A stretch of DNA of 32,000 nucleotides from Cupriavidus necator. GTDB taxonomy: Bacteria; Pseudomonadota; Gammaproteobacteria; Burkholderiales; Burkholderiaceae. The stretch covers positions 1,650,001 through 1,682,000 of the forward strand of contig NZ_CP066018.1 in the NCBI RefSeq assembly GCF_016127575.1. Direction: 5' to 3'. Both the position numbers and the translations under genes were made by a program. Shown piece by piece: positions 1 to 7,129 of this stretch. A model generated the notes under the pieces. It was not told the DNA's origin. It worked only from the letters and a program-made list of their open reading frames with translations, and did not search any database. Numbering within the stretch: position 1 is the first letter of the stretch; every line of letters starts with the position of its first letter.

Positions 1-297
<297 letters not shown>

Positions 298-305
298 GCC
301 TTGCT

Positions 306-335
306 CATCACTCCCGCCTGGCGGTGGGAGTGATG
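306..335 (+). other. Intercistronic stem-loop between atpD and atpC
   Basis: CATCACTCCCGCC (306-318), loop TGGC, GGTGGGAGTGATG (323-335): 13 bp with one G-U pair and no U-tract. A second GGCCGG...CCGGCC stem follows. Confidence 0.5.
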
Positions 336-393
336 GCCGGCCACCCCTGCGTGTCCGGCCGCCTGAGCAAAGCGATTGGAGAAAGGATCTGAT

Positions 394-810
394 ATGGCAA
401 CCATTCTTGTAGACGTCGTCAGCGCGGAAGCGTCGATCTTCTCCGGCCAGGCGAAGTTCGTGGCGCTGCCGGGCGAGTCGGGTGAACTGGGCATTCTGCC
501 GGGCCACACGCCGCTGATCACGCGCATCCAGCCGGGTGCGGTGCGGATCGAGAAGGAAGACGGCAGCGAAGAGTTCGTGTTCGTTGCCGGCGGCATTCTC
601 GAAGTCCAGCCCAAGCACGTCACCGTGCTGGCCGACACCGCTATCCGCGGTGGCGACCTGGACGAAGCCAAGGCGCAGGAAGCCAAGCGTGCTGCCGAAG
701 AGCTGATGCAGAACCAGAGCAGCGATCTGGATCTGGCACGCGCTCAGAGCGAGCTCGCCGTGGCGGCTGCCCAACTGGCTGCCATCGCCCGCCTGCGTCG
801 TAAGAAGTAA
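394..810 (+). CDS. atpC: F0F1 ATP synthase epsilon subunit
   Basis: [43 protein letters not shown]... is typical AtpC. ATG 394 is preferred over the TTG at 376 because the GGAGAAAGGA Shine-Dalgarno lies at 378-387. Stop TAA at 808-810. Confidence 0.95.
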   Translation: MATILVDVVSAEASIFSGQAKFVALPGESGELGILPGHTPLITRIQPGAVRIEKEDGSEEFVFVAGGILEVQPKHVTVLADTAIRGGDLDEAKAQEAKRAAEELMQNQSSDLDLARAQSELAVAAAQLAAIARLRRKK

Positions 811-855
811 GCAATTAGTGGCTTGTCGCGCTGTTGTTTTTCTGGCGCGACAATG

Positions 856-886
856 AAAAAGGCAGCCGCATGGCTGCCTTTTTCTT
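856..886 (+). terminator. Rho-independent terminator of the atp operon (bidirectional shape)
   Basis: AAAAA, GGCAGCC (861-867), loop GCAT, GGCTGCC (872-878), TTTTTCTT. The A-run upstream and T-run downstream would let it work on both strands. A weaker GTCGCGC/GCGCGAC stem lies at 825-851. Confidence 0.8.
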
Positions 887-919
887 GGGCGTGGCGATAT
901 GCTTTTATCCCGCCTGGAC

Positions 920-955
920 AAAAAAAAGCGCGCGGGCCGGGGAGGCTCCGCGCGG
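920..955 (-). terminator. Orphan minus-strand rho-independent terminator
   Basis: Minus strand reads CCGCGCG (954-948), a 12-nt loop, CGCGCGG (935-929), then C and T8 (927-920). No annotated minus-strand gene feeds into it. Confidence 0.6.
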
Positions 956-1503
956 ACGGGAAAATCCCTTCGAGGGGTCAATTCGAAGGAACGGGTTCGG
1001 TCCAGGTCGACAATCAAGGCGCAACGGATATCCAATATCCGACCAGAGGCCGCAAAGGCCACGCGCTGCAACGGTCTGCCTGGTGCTCCGGTCCAGCGGC
1101 GATCTGCTGGATCGGAAAATCGGGTTACTGCTTCAAAAGGCTTTCTTCACCACGCCCCTTTAAGTCTGCACAGCCTTATTTACTGGGGCGCCACACGCCG
1201 GACACCGGGTGTGTCAATGTATTGTGGGGGAAACTCCCCGGCATGGCAGTAACAAAATGTATCGTTTTGCAAGAAGTTGAAAGCCAGAGGCGCCGGGATC
1301 TGGCGTGTTCGGCATATTTTCACGCGTTCACATCACGTTAGCCGCAGAAACGTGTCGTTGTATTATCTTTGATGACGCGATTTCCATGTTCGCTCCCCCA
1401 CCAATCCCTGCGTGACAATTCCGGTTACGATTCAGGACGTCTGTGGCCTTCGCGTTGCGTTTTTGCATGTCCGCGGGCCCGCCCTTGTCCACCCGGAGAC
1501 GCG

Positions 1504-1944
1504 ATGCGCCCTGAGATGCAGCAAGCCATACAAGCCATGCTGGCGATGAAGACCGTGGCCGTGGTCGGCCTGTCCGACCGCCCGGAGCGTCCCAGTCATG
1601 AGGTTGCGGAATTCCTGCAGGACCATGGCTTCCGGATCGTGCCGGTCAATCCGCGTCATGCCGGCGAACGCATTCTGGGCGAGACCTGCCACGCCACGCT
1701 GCGCGAAGCCGCCGACGCTGCCGCGGCAGCCGGCAGTCCCATCGCGTGGGTCGACATCTTCCGCCGTGCCGAGGAAACGCCGGGCGTGGTCGATGAGGCC
1801 ATCGCCATTGGCGCACAGGGTGTCTGGCTGCAGCTGGGCATCGTCAACGACCACGCCGTGCGCCGCGCTGCCGATGCCGGCCTGCTGGCGGTGCAGGATT
1901 GCTGCAGCAAGGTCGAGCTGACGCGCCAGCTCGGGCTGGACTGA
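1504..1944 (+). CDS. CoA-binding domain protein (YccU/YneT-like)
   Basis: MRPEMQQAIQAMLAMKTVAVVGLSDRPERPSHEVAEFLQDHGFRIVPVNP...VDIFRR...GVWLQLGIVN matches the CoA_binding_2 pattern. ATG 1504 follows GGAGA (1494-1498). The upstream extension to 1369 looks non-coding. Confidence 0.85.
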   Translation: MRPEMQQAIQAMLAMKTVAVVGLSDRPERPSHEVAEFLQDHGFRIVPVNPRHAGERILGETCHATLREAADAAAAAGSPIAWVDIFRRAEETPGVVDEAIAIGAQGVWLQLGIVNDHAVRRAADAGLLAVQDCCSKVELTRQLGLD

Positions 1945-1994
1945 TTCCCGCCCCGGCACCCTTTCTTTTTCCGCTTTCCCATCAGTCGCCAACC

Positions 1995-2945
1995 ATGGCC
2001 ATCGACCCGCAACTGCTTGCCTATTACCGCCGCCTGGCGGAGCGCTATGCCAATGCGCCCGCGCCTGCCGACATTCCCGCGCAGCGGGCCCGTTTTGCCG
2101 AGATCGCGGCGGCGTCGCTGTTGCCGGATCCGGCAGGCATCACGGTGCAGGACCTGGAGCTTGCGCTCTCCGGCCGCTCGCTGGGCGCCAGGCTGTTCCG
2201 CCCGGCCGGCGAGACCGCGCCGCGGCTGGTGGTCTACTTCCACGGTGGCGGCTGGGTGATCGGCTCGCCGCAGACGCACCATACGGTTGCAGCGTTGCTT
2301 GCGGCCGACACGGGCTGCGCGGTGGCCAGCGTCGACTACCGCCTCGCACCCGAGCACGCGTTCCCGGCTCCCTGCGACGATGCCTCCGAGGCAGTGCAGT
2401 GGTTCGCCGGTGAACGTCAGGCACTCGGGCTGGCGACCGATTTCCTGGCCGTGGCGGGCGACAGCGCCGGCGGCCACCTGGCGGCGCAGGCAGCGCAGCA
2501 GCTCAACGGCGGCGGCGCGGTGCAGGTCGATGCGCAACTGCTGATCTATCCGGTGACGGCACCGGTGCTCAGCACCGAAAGCTACCGCGCCTTTGCCGAC
2601 GGTCCCGGCCTGACGCGTGACGAGATGGCCTGGTTCTGGACCCAGTTCATCGGCGCCGAGGCCCTGGCGGAGGGCACCGCCCACCCCGACCACCGCGTGC
2701 ACCTGATGGCCGCGCCGCTGGTGCGCCCGCCCGCCACCGTGCTGATGGTGGCCGCGCACGACGTGCTGCGCGACGACGGCCTGGCCTATGCCGACTTCCT
2801 GGTGCGCCACGACGCCCCGGTGGTCACCATCGAGGCCAGTGGCATGACCCACGGCTTCGCACGGCTGCAGCCCGATGCCGAACGCGCGCGCGAATGGATG
2901 CGGCGTGCCGCAGCGGCCTTCACCGGGATGATCGACGACGTCTGA
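1995..2945 (+). CDS. Alpha/beta hydrolase fold-3 esterase/lipase (HSL family)
   Basis: Has the HGGG oxyanion motif (VVYFHGGGWVIGS), the GDSAGG nucleophile elbow (VAGDSAGGHLA) and a C-terminal His (MTHGF). Start taken at MAIDPQLLAYY (ATG 1995), after the CoA-binding gene stop at 1944. Confidence 0.9.
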   Translation: MAIDPQLLAYYRRLAERYANAPAPADIPAQRARFAEIAAASLLPDPAGITVQDLELALSGRSLGARLFRPAGETAPRLVVYFHGGGWVIGSPQTHHTVAALLAADTGCAVASVDYRLAPEHAFPAPCDDASEAVQWFAGERQALGLATDFLAVAGDSAGGHLAAQAAQQLNGGGAVQVDAQLLIYPVTAPVLSTESYRAFADGPGLTRDEMAWFWTQFIGAEALAEGTAHPDHRVHLMAAPLVRPPATVLMVAAHDVLRDDGLAYADFLVRHDAPVVTIEASGMTHGFARLQPDAERAREWMRRAAAAFTGMIDDV

Positions 2946-2997
2946 GCGGCATCCAGCCGCAGCCATCCCTTAGAATGGCGGTCTTACGAGGATGACC

Positions 2998-4089
2998 ATG
3001 ACCGCACTGCAGAACGATACCTTCCTGCGCGCGCTGCGCCGCCAGCCGACCGAATACACGCCGCTGTGGCTGATGCGCCAGGCGGGCCGCTACCTGCCCG
3101 AGTACAACGCCACGCGCGCCCGCGCCGGCAGCTTCCTCGGGCTGGCCAAGAACCCGGCCTACGCCACGGAAGTGACACTGCAGCCGCTGGACCGCTATCC
3201 GCTGGACGCGGCGATTCTCTTTTCCGACATCCTGACCGTGCCCGACGCGATGGGCCTGGGCCTGTCGTTCGCGCAGGGCGAGGGCCCGCGCTTTGCCCAT
3301 CCGCTGCGCACCGAAGCCGACGTGCAGAAACTGGCCGTGCCGGACATGGCGTCGCTGCAGTATGTCTTTGACGCGGTAAGCGAAATCCGCCGCGCACTGG
3401 TCCAGGACGGCCGCCAGCGCGTGCCGCTGATCGGATTTTCCGGCAGCCCCTGGACGCTGGCCTGCTACATGGTCGAAGGCGGCGGCTCGGACGACTTCCG
3501 CACGGTCAAGGCGATGATGTACGGCCGCCCGGACCTGATGCACCGCATTCTCGAGATCAACGCCCAGGCGGTGACCGAATACCTGAATGCCCAGATCGAA
3601 GCCGGCGCGCAGGCCGTGATGATTTTCGACACCTGGGGCGGGGCGCTCGCCGACGGCATGTACCAGGCGTTCTCGCTGGCCTATATGCGCCGGGTGCTGG
3701 CCGGCCTGAAGCGCGAGCACGATGGCCAACAGGTGCCCGCGATCGTCTTTACCAAGGGCGGCGGCCTGTGGCTCGAGGCGCTGGCTGACACCGGCGCCGA
3801 CGCGATCGGGTTGGACTGGACCGTCAACCTGGCCGAAGCGCGCCGCCGCACCGGCGGGCGCGTGGCGCTGCAGGGCAATATCGACCCGACCGTGCTGTTC
3901 GCCCCTGAGGCCGCGATCCGCGAGCAGGTGCGCGGCGTGCTGGACAGCTATGCCGCCGCCGGGGGCAGTGATGGCCACGTATTCAACCTTGGCCACGGCA
4001 TCTCGCAGTTCACGCCGCCGGATAACGTCTCGGTGCTGGTGGATGAAGTGCATCGCCACAGCCGCAAGCTGCGCGCCGGGCAGAAGTGA
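2998..4089 (+). CDS. hemE: Uroporphyrinogen decarboxylase
   Basis: [36 protein letters not shown] aligns residue-for-residue with E. coli HemE (MTELKNDRYLRALLRQP...). ATG 2998 is chosen over 2992 because GAGGA (2988-2992) sits 5 nt upstream. Confidence 0.96.
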   Translation: MTALQNDTFLRALRRQPTEYTPLWLMRQAGRYLPEYNATRARAGSFLGLAKNPAYATEVTLQPLDRYPLDAAILFSDILTVPDAMGLGLSFAQGEGPRFAHPLRTEADVQKLAVPDMASLQYVFDAVSEIRRALVQDGRQRVPLIGFSGSPWTLACYMVEGGGSDDFRTVKAMMYGRPDLMHRILEINAQAVTEYLNAQIEAGAQAVMIFDTWGGALADGMYQAFSLAYMRRVLAGLKREHDGQQVPAIVFTKGGGLWLEALADTGADAIGLDWTVNLAEARRRTGGRVALQGNIDPTVLFAPEAAIREQVRGVLDSYAAAGGSDGHVFNLGHGISQFTPPDNVSVLVDEVHRHSRKLRAGQK

Positions 4090-4238
4090 CGATGACAGTA
4101 TGCGGCCGGCCTGGCTGCTGCTGCGGTGCCCTGCGCTGCAGCGCACCGGCGCCCCAGCGTACCCAGTGCTGCGGGAGCCGCGCCGCCGGACCCTGTCAAG
4201 TTAACTTTTTCGCCAGCATTCGCCAAAAAGGTGCTCGG

Positions 4239-4550
4239 ACTTGACTGGCGGTACTTGACTTATGCACACCAATAGGTTTGCCGCAGTGCGGAACAGGGTT
4301 ATTCCCTAACCTATCCGGGGGATGTTTGCAAGCCCTTGATTTTTAAGGATTTGGAAGAATTGCAAAGGAAGGCCCGATGCCGGTGGATCCCTTGTTTCGC
4401 GGGGCTTCCCGGCCAGCCAGTGCGACTTTTCAACAAAGTTATCCACAGGGGCGGTGGAATTAGTGGAAAACCAGTCATCTATCATCGACTTAGGGCCACA
4501 TTTGAAGTTTTACTTTAAGTTGATGTTGCGCCGCACACTAGATTTCCACT
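4239..4550. promoter_or_regulatory. DnaA-box cluster in an AT-rich non-coding island (hemE-priA spacer)
   Basis: TTATCCACA (perfect consensus) at 4439-4447. TTATGCACA (fits TTATNCACA) at 4260-4268. AGTGGAAAA at 4462-4470 reads TTTTCCACT on the minus strand (2 mismatches). ATTTCCACT at 4542-4550 has 3 mismatches. Hand count gives 176 G+C in 4201-4560 (49%). No credible ORF. Confidence 0.5.
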
Positions 4551-4613
4551 CTTATTGCGCCAGGCGCCCGTTGCACAAAGGTTGCGCAACTGCGGTGCAC
4601 CAGGAAGGGCCGC

Positions 4614-6935
4614 ATGGCGCCAGCTAGCGGCGCGCTTCCGGTGGTCGAGAACAGCACGGCGATGGGCGCCGTGATGCCGACCGCCGCCGCGCAGTCAGTC
4701 ATCCGGGTCGCGCTGGACACCCCCGCCGACGACTGCTTCGACTATCTCGCCACGCCCGAGGTCGCCCCGGGTGACCTGGTGGTGGTGCCGTTCGGTCGCC
4801 GCAGCATGGTCGGCGTGGCGGTGGCGTACGCCGACAGCTCCGATGTGCCCGCCGACCGGCTACGCCCGGTGGCGCAGCGCCTGGAATGGATGCCGCCGCT
4901 GCAGCCCGACTGGATCGGGCTGGCCGCCTTTGCCGCGCGCTACTACCAGCGCCGCCTGGGCGAAGTGATGCTGCCGGCCTTGCCGCCGGCCTTGCGCGAG
5001 GCCGAGGGCTGGCCGGGCCTGGCCCAGCGTGCCCGCACCGACGAATACCGCCTGCTGCCCGGGCATGCAGAGGCCCTGCTGGCCGCCGTGCCGCCACGCG
5101 CACGCAGCGTGCGCGCCCTGGCACAGGCGCTGGCCGAGCGCGCCGCCGCGGCCGAGCCGCTGACGCTGGCCGACGCCCGCGTGCTGTGCGCGGCGGCACC
5201 GGCGCGGCTGGCCGAATGGCAGGCCGCCGGCTGGGTCGAGGCCAGTCGCACCGCGCGCCCCCTGCTGCCGACCGACCCCGCACAGCCGCCATCGGCCGCG
5301 CCGCCGCTGCACGACGAGCAGCGCGCCGCGGTGCAGGCAATTGCCGAGGCCGAGGGCTTCGCGCCGTTCCTGCTGCACGGGGTGACCGGCAGCGGCAAGA
5401 CCGAGGTCTACCTGCATGCGATGCAGGCGCTGCTCGAACGCGACCCCCAGGCCCAGGTGCTGATGCTGGTGCCTGAAATCAACCTGACCCCGCAACTGCA
5501 GGCCCGCATCGCTGCACGCTTCCCGCACCTGCCGCTGGCGGTGCTGCACAGCGGCCTGGCCGACCAGGAGCGCAGCCTGCAGTGGCTGGCCGCGCACCGC
5601 GGCGAGGCCCGCATCGTGCTGGGCACGCGCATGGCGGTGATGGCCTCGCTGCCGGCGCTGGCGCTGATCGTGGTCGACGAGGAACACGACACTTCCTACA
5701 AGCAGCAGGAAGGGCTGCGCTACTCGGCGCGCGACCTGGCGGTGTGGCGCGCCAAGCAGCGCGGCATTGCCGTGGTGCTTGGTTCGGCCACGCCGTCGAT
5801 GGAGACCTGGTGGCGGGCCGGGCAGGGCACTTACCGCAAGCTGGTGCTGCGCGAGCGCGCCCAGGCCGAAGCGACCCTGCCGACAGTGCGCCTGGTCGAC
5901 CTGAACCACGAGCGCCAGCGCCAGCGCCCGCTGTTCGAAGGCTTGTCGGTGCCGCTGCTGGAAGCCATCGACGCGCGCCTGGCGCGCGGCGAGCAGAGCC
6001 TGCTGTTCCTGAACCGCCGCGGCTACGCGCCGGTGATTGCCTGCGACAGCTGCGGCTGGCTGTCGGGCTGCCCGCGCTGCTCGGCCTACCTGGTGCTGCA
6101 CCGCCCCGAACGGCGCCTGCGCTGCCACCACTGCGGCCTGGAGGCGCCGGTGCCGCACCACTGCCCGGACTGCGGCAACGTCGACATCGCGCCGCTGGGG
6201 CGTGGCACGCAGCGCATCGAAGAGGCATTGGCGACGCGCTTCCCGCAGGCGCGCATCGCCCGCATCGACGCAGATTCCACGCGCCGCAAGGGCAGCGCGC
6301 AAGCCATGTTCGACGAAGTCCATGCCGGCGAAGTCGACATCCTGGTGGGCACGCAGATGGTGGCCAAGGGGCATGACTTCCAGCGCGTGACCCTGGTCGG
6401 CATCGTCCATCCGGACGCGGCCATGTTCAGCCATGACTTCCGCGCCGCCGAGCATCTGTTCGCCTCGCTGATGCAGGTGGCCGGGCGGGCAGGGCGGGCT
6501 GGCTTGCCGGGCGAGGTGCTGATCCAGACGCGCTACCCGGACACCCCGGCATTGCAGGCGCTGACGCGCCACGACTATGATGGATTCGCGGCCAGCCAGT
6601 TGCGCGAGCGGCGCCAGGCCGGGTTGCCCCCGTTCTGCTACCAGGTGCTGGTAACCGCCGACCACGGCCAGCTGGAGCGGGCGCTGCAGTTCCTGGAAGT
6701 GGCGCGCCGGCATGCCGAAACCTGCGAGCTGGCGGCCGAGGTGCAACTGCACGATCCGGTGCCGATGTCGATGGTGCGCATCTTCAACCGGGAGCGTGCG
6801 CAGATGCTGGTTGAGGCCACCTCGCGGCCGGTGCTGCAACGCTTCGTGGCTGAGTGGGTGCAGACTTTCGCAGATGTGGGGACGGAGGCAAAAGGGGTGC
6901 GCTGGCAGCTTGAGATCGACCCGTTGCGGATCTGA
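4614..6935 (+). CDS. priA: Primosomal replication-restart helicase PriA
   Basis: Has Walker A (GVTGSGKTEVY), a DEEH box (VVDEEHD) and the Cys-rich zinc region (CDSCGWLSGCPRCSAYLVLH...CHHCG...CPDCG). AGGAAG lies 6 nt before ATG 4614. Internal Met at 4662/4674 cannot be excluded as the start. Confidence 0.94.
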   Translation: MAPASGALPVVENSTAMGAVMPTAAAQSVIRVALDTPADDCFDYLATPEVAPGDLVVVPFGRRSMVGVAVAYADSSDVPADRLRPVAQRLEWMPPLQPDWIGLAAFAARYYQRRLGEVMLPALPPALREAEGWPGLAQRARTDEYRLLPGHAEALLAAVPPRARSVRALAQALAERAAAAEPLTLADARVLCAAAPARLAEWQAAGWVEASRTARPLLPTDPAQPPSAAPPLHDEQRAAVQAIAEAEGFAPFLLHGVTGSGKTEVYLHAMQALLERDPQAQVLMLVPEINLTPQLQARIAARFPHLPLAVLHSGLADQERSLQWLAAHRGEARIVLGTRMAVMASLPALALIVVDEEHDTSYKQQEGLRYSARDLAVWRAKQRGIAVVLGSATPSMETWWRAGQGTYRKLVLRERAQAEATLPTVRLVDLNHERQRQRPLFEGLSVPLLEAIDARLARGEQSLLFLNRRGYAPVIACDSCGWLSGCPRCSAYLVLHRPERRLRCHHCGLEAPVPHHCPDCGNVDIAPLGRGTQRIEEALATRFPQARIARIDADSTRRKGSAQAMFDEVHAGEVDILVGTQMVAKGHDFQRVTLVGIVHPDAAMFSHDFRAAEHLFASLMQVAGRAGRAGLPGEVLIQTRYPDTPALQALTRHDYDGFAASQLRERRQAGLPPFCYQVLVTADHGQLERALQFLEVARRHAETCELAAEVQLHDPVPMSMVRIFNRERAQMLVEATSRPVLQRFVAEWVQTFADVGTEAKGVRWQLEIDPLRI

Positions 6936-6955
6936 GTCAGCTGGCGTGGCAGTGA

Positions 6956-7009
6956 AAGGTGCAACCCTGGCATTAGGGTTTTCGATAGGGTTGCACTAGG
7001 TTGCACCTT
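6956..7009. promoter_or_regulatory. Putative PutA operator (GTTGCA motifs and inverted repeat)
   Basis: TGCAAC at 6960-6965 and GTTGCA at 6990-6995 and 7000-7005. An 11-bp perfect inverted repeat pairs AAGGTGCAACC (6956-6966) with GGTTGCACCTT (6999-7009). The encoded PutA has the RHH DNA-binding N-terminus, and E. coli PutA recognises GTTGCA. Confidence 0.6.
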
Positions 7010-7030
7010 GGTGATTTTCGGGAGTAAGAT
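7001..7030 (+). promoter_or_regulatory. Candidate sigma-70 promoter of putA
   Basis: TTGCAC (7001-7006), an 18-nt spacer, TAAGAT (7025-7030). The -35 element overlaps the third GTTGCA motif. Assigned by eye only. Confidence 0.35.
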
Positions 7031-7129
7031 CGCGCCAGCTCACAGGCTGCGGCCGGTCGCGCGCCCGTGCCTGCCGGCATGGACGAGGTAGCACCGGCGG
7101 CGGCTCCAGTCTTTCGGAGAAATGCCCGC

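Noticed and set aside
823-1341. Three overlapping plus-strand ORFs (172, 109, 117 aa) after atpC
   Set aside because: They start inside or before the atp terminator hairpins and read through two terminators. They have no Shine-Dalgarno and implausible Cys/Arg/Trp-rich products. All three frames being open points to compositional asymmetry, not coding.
901-1500. Known housekeeping RNAs (RNase P RNA, tmRNA, SRP/4.5S RNA, 6S RNA) or a CsrB/RsmY-like GGA-repeat sRNA in the atpC-downstream spacer
   Set aside because: I looked on both strands for GAGGAAAGUCCGG and ACAGAACCCGGCUUA (RNase P), a tRNA-like ...CCACCA end (tmRNA) and GGAAGCAGCC (SRP), and found none. There are seven GGA triplets in about 230 nt, only slightly above chance, and they are not in A(N)GGA loop contexts.
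4336-4518. 60-aa TTG-initiated ORF inside the AT-rich island
   Set aside because: It has no Shine-Dalgarno and a non-ATG start, its composition is unremarkable, and it spans the DnaA boxes. It is most likely a chance ORF in lower-GC DNA.
4201-4560. Calling the DnaA-box island the chromosomal origin (oriC)
   Set aside because: Only two strong boxes are present, with no clear array of 13-mer-like unwinding repeats. The highly expressed atp operon immediately upstream is transcribed toward the site, so an origin here would place it head-on to replication. The site is kept as a DnaA-binding candidate, not as oriC.
4860-6839. 659-aa minus-strand ORF and several 150-260 aa ORFs overlapping priA
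   Set aside because: Same GC-driven artefact. priA carries all helicase and zinc-finger motifs on the plus strand. The same reasoning rejects 1656..2966(-), 2920..4146(-), 19990..21282(+), 21544..22980(+), 23044..24477(+), 25103..26098(+), 26774..28039(-), 28094..29224(-), 17696..18616(+), 18969..19676(+) and 30550..31497(-).
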